Shown one piece after another: positions 61,838-64,000 of a DNA stretch of 64,000 bases. The notes under the pieces are model-generated. The model saw only the letters and a list, made by a program, of their open reading frames with translations, ran no database searches and had not been told where the DNA came from. The translations under genes and the position numbers were made by a program. Within the stretch, counting starts at the first letter, position 1; the number at the start of each line of letters is the position of its first letter. Source of the DNA: Negaprion brevirostris (Eukaryota); contig JARDVH010000193.1 of the NCBI GenBank assembly GCA_030324005.1, positions 92,359,807 through 92,423,806 on the forward strand, given 5' to 3'.

Positions 61838-64000
61838 AGTTGTATGTTTTACACAAGAAGAAGAAGACATGGTTTGCACACGTAGATTCAAAGTAAAAGG
61901 CGACAGGTGTATTGAAAAACCTTTTCTCTGCATAGAACAGAAATTGAAACTAAACAGCAATAATGAAACACCGTAATGACATCACCGTCATATCATATAT
62001 AATCAGTTCTTAAAGCAATCATTTAAGTATATAACATCCTTCTCCCCTTTACTTCTGTAGTCATGACCACATATTAATACAATGTTATACGTAGGATCAA
62101 TAATACTCTAGACACAAATTTATGCATCATTAGTTATTATACATAGTCAATAAGAAAGTTGATCAGGAGGGGATGTCAGTTCCTCTTTGGTTGTTATTGA
62201 CGTTCTGAAATTTGGCTGTATTTGACTCTGGAAGTGTAATTTGGAACAAATTCTGCATCATTTTCACATGGTATAGTAGCAAAGATAAAATCATCAGGCA
62301 ATTAAGACTCAACTAAGCTTTCCGTAGCAGTATTCGTAACACTCGGGANNNNNNNNNNNNNNNNNNNNNNNNNNNNNNNNNNNNNNNNNNNNNNNNNNNN
62401 NNNNNNNNNNNNNNNNNNNNNNNNNNNNNNNNNNNNNNNNNNNNNNNNCCGTAGCAGTATTCGTAACACTAGGGATTAAAGAAGTTAGTACTTCTGGCGA
62501 TGATTCAGAGAAATCATGTCAATATGACAACAGTTGGTCAGCATGCTGTTGCCAAACTAGCTCATCTTGGCTTTGAACTGAGAGAAATTGGACCTTTTTG
62601 TTTAAACTATGGCTAGCACCCATTTCTCAGTTGTGGCATAATTATGTGCTAACGCTCGGGCCTCCATGTTGAGATGAATGTTGTTTTGCCCTAACGTCTT
62701 ATCTAGCAACTTGAGATTGTTGTTGACGCTCTAGTATCCCTGAAGTTCTGGAGGTAATAACAAATCAAATGTAGTTCTCAACTTTCTCTTTTAGAGTAGT
62801 AATGCAGGTGAACTTTGGTTAATTATGTGTAGTGATTCTATAAGATGCCAAGGAAGTATTCACACGACATGACAACGAACCTTGCTCTTTTCAAGCTTTT
62901 AAAGAATTATTCAAGGATTGTACAAATTTTTCAGCTAACTCATTACTTGATGGGTGATGAGTTGTGGATTTTATATGCTGAATACCATTTACTTTAAGAT
63001 AATCTGCAAACTTTTGTGAAGTAAACAGTGTATTGGTATCGCTAACAATTGGTTCTGATTCACCAAATCTTGCTAAAATTTCATCAAGTTTTTCAATGGT
63101 TTGTTCAGTTATAGTAGATTTCATGATAACGTCTGGCCACTTTGCATCAATTATAACTAAGAACATGTAACCCACAAATAGACCAGCAAAATCTACATGC
63201 AATCATTGCCATTGCGTTTTAGGCCACTCCCAAGGTTGTAAAAGAGACAACAGTGGTGTACTACAACTTGCTGCCCAAGATTGTCCCACTTCTTCATCAA
63301 TGTGAGCATCCAGACACAGCTACTAAAATTAACTACATGCTACTTCCTTCAACCATACTATACAAGCATGTCCTCCAAATAGTTGTTCAGGAACACTTCC
63401 ATTCAGACTTGAATGTGCACTTGGATTCCCTACAATTGACAACCCACCTTGGACAGTCAACTCAAGCTTTCTTGACACAGATGGTTTCAAATCACGATAC
63501 ATGTGATGTGTTCCAGCTATCATTCCTTTTAATCCCATACCTATTACCTTTCCCATCACGGGATCATTTCTGGTATATCTCGAAACTTAAGAAGCTATTA
63601 TAAGCAACTGATCTCCTAGCAAAAAGTAAGAAGTTTTAGCAAAACTAATTGGTGGCATCTGCTCAATGGGTAACGGTAAACATGATAATACATCAGCATT
63701 AGCTTGGCATTCGGATTGATGATAATTTATATCGTAGGAGTGTGCAAATAGGATCAATAACCATCTTTGCAATTGCTAGCAGCTAATGACTGTATGCATT
63801 TGTATGGCCCATAAATAGACGTTTGGCGCCGATCAATTAGTAATGTGAAATGACAACCGTATGAGACAATGATGAAATCCTTGTACACCAAAAAGTATAC
63901 TCCATGCTTCTTTCGCCAACAGAGCAGAGTTAGTTTCAGGTACTTTATGTTGGCCTTTACTATCAATGCCAAATATTAGACTGATGACTGGAAAAAGTCA
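61838..64000 (-). mobile_element. Second decayed Gypsy element (RNase H-integrase-PPT-3' LTR), runs off the window
   Basis: QRWLLILFAHSYDINY..NADVLSCLP; HVDFAGLFVGYMFLVIIDAKWPDV..IVSD..HHPSSNELAEKFVQS; polypurine tract 62037-62050; LTR ~61838-62036; colinear with 3834-6230. Confidence 0.9.

Overview
Eukaryotic, AT-rich, repeat-dominated genomic DNA from a cartilaginous fish, almost certainly a shark. This rests on HE1-like tRNA-derived V-SINEs with CR1/HER1-type tails, SacSINE1-like Deu-domain SINEs and shark-type Penelope elements. It is a draft assembly with many 10-N and 100-N gaps. No intact host protein-coding gene is supported; the window looks intronic or intergenic. It holds many CR1 LINE fragments, about 13 SINEs, two decayed same-family Gypsy LTR retrotransposons (3.8-9.1 kb and 61.8-64 kb, minus strand), probable solo LTRs, Penelope-like elements (PLEs), L2, Rex1, L1 and Tx1 fragments, Harbinger-like DNA-transposon relics and a frameshifted orphan histone H4 pseudogene. 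Four signals stand out. (1) A ~300-bp element at 35.7-36.0 kb has a U2 snRNA head cut at U2 nt 39, a second internal U2 stem-loop I and an A-rich tail; it is a candidate snRNA-headed SINE in a shark. (2) Minimal hammerhead ribozyme motifs lie in the PLE terminal repeats and show compensatory base changes between copies; one sits in a 225-bp unit with a perfect 13-bp target-site duplication (TSD). (3) An open Tx1 ORF1 fragment is fused to a PLE terminus at the ribozyme. (4) An inversion inside the Gypsy RT is associated with an L1 fragment. Family names come from recognising sequence by eye, not from database searches, and boundaries are approximate unless stated.
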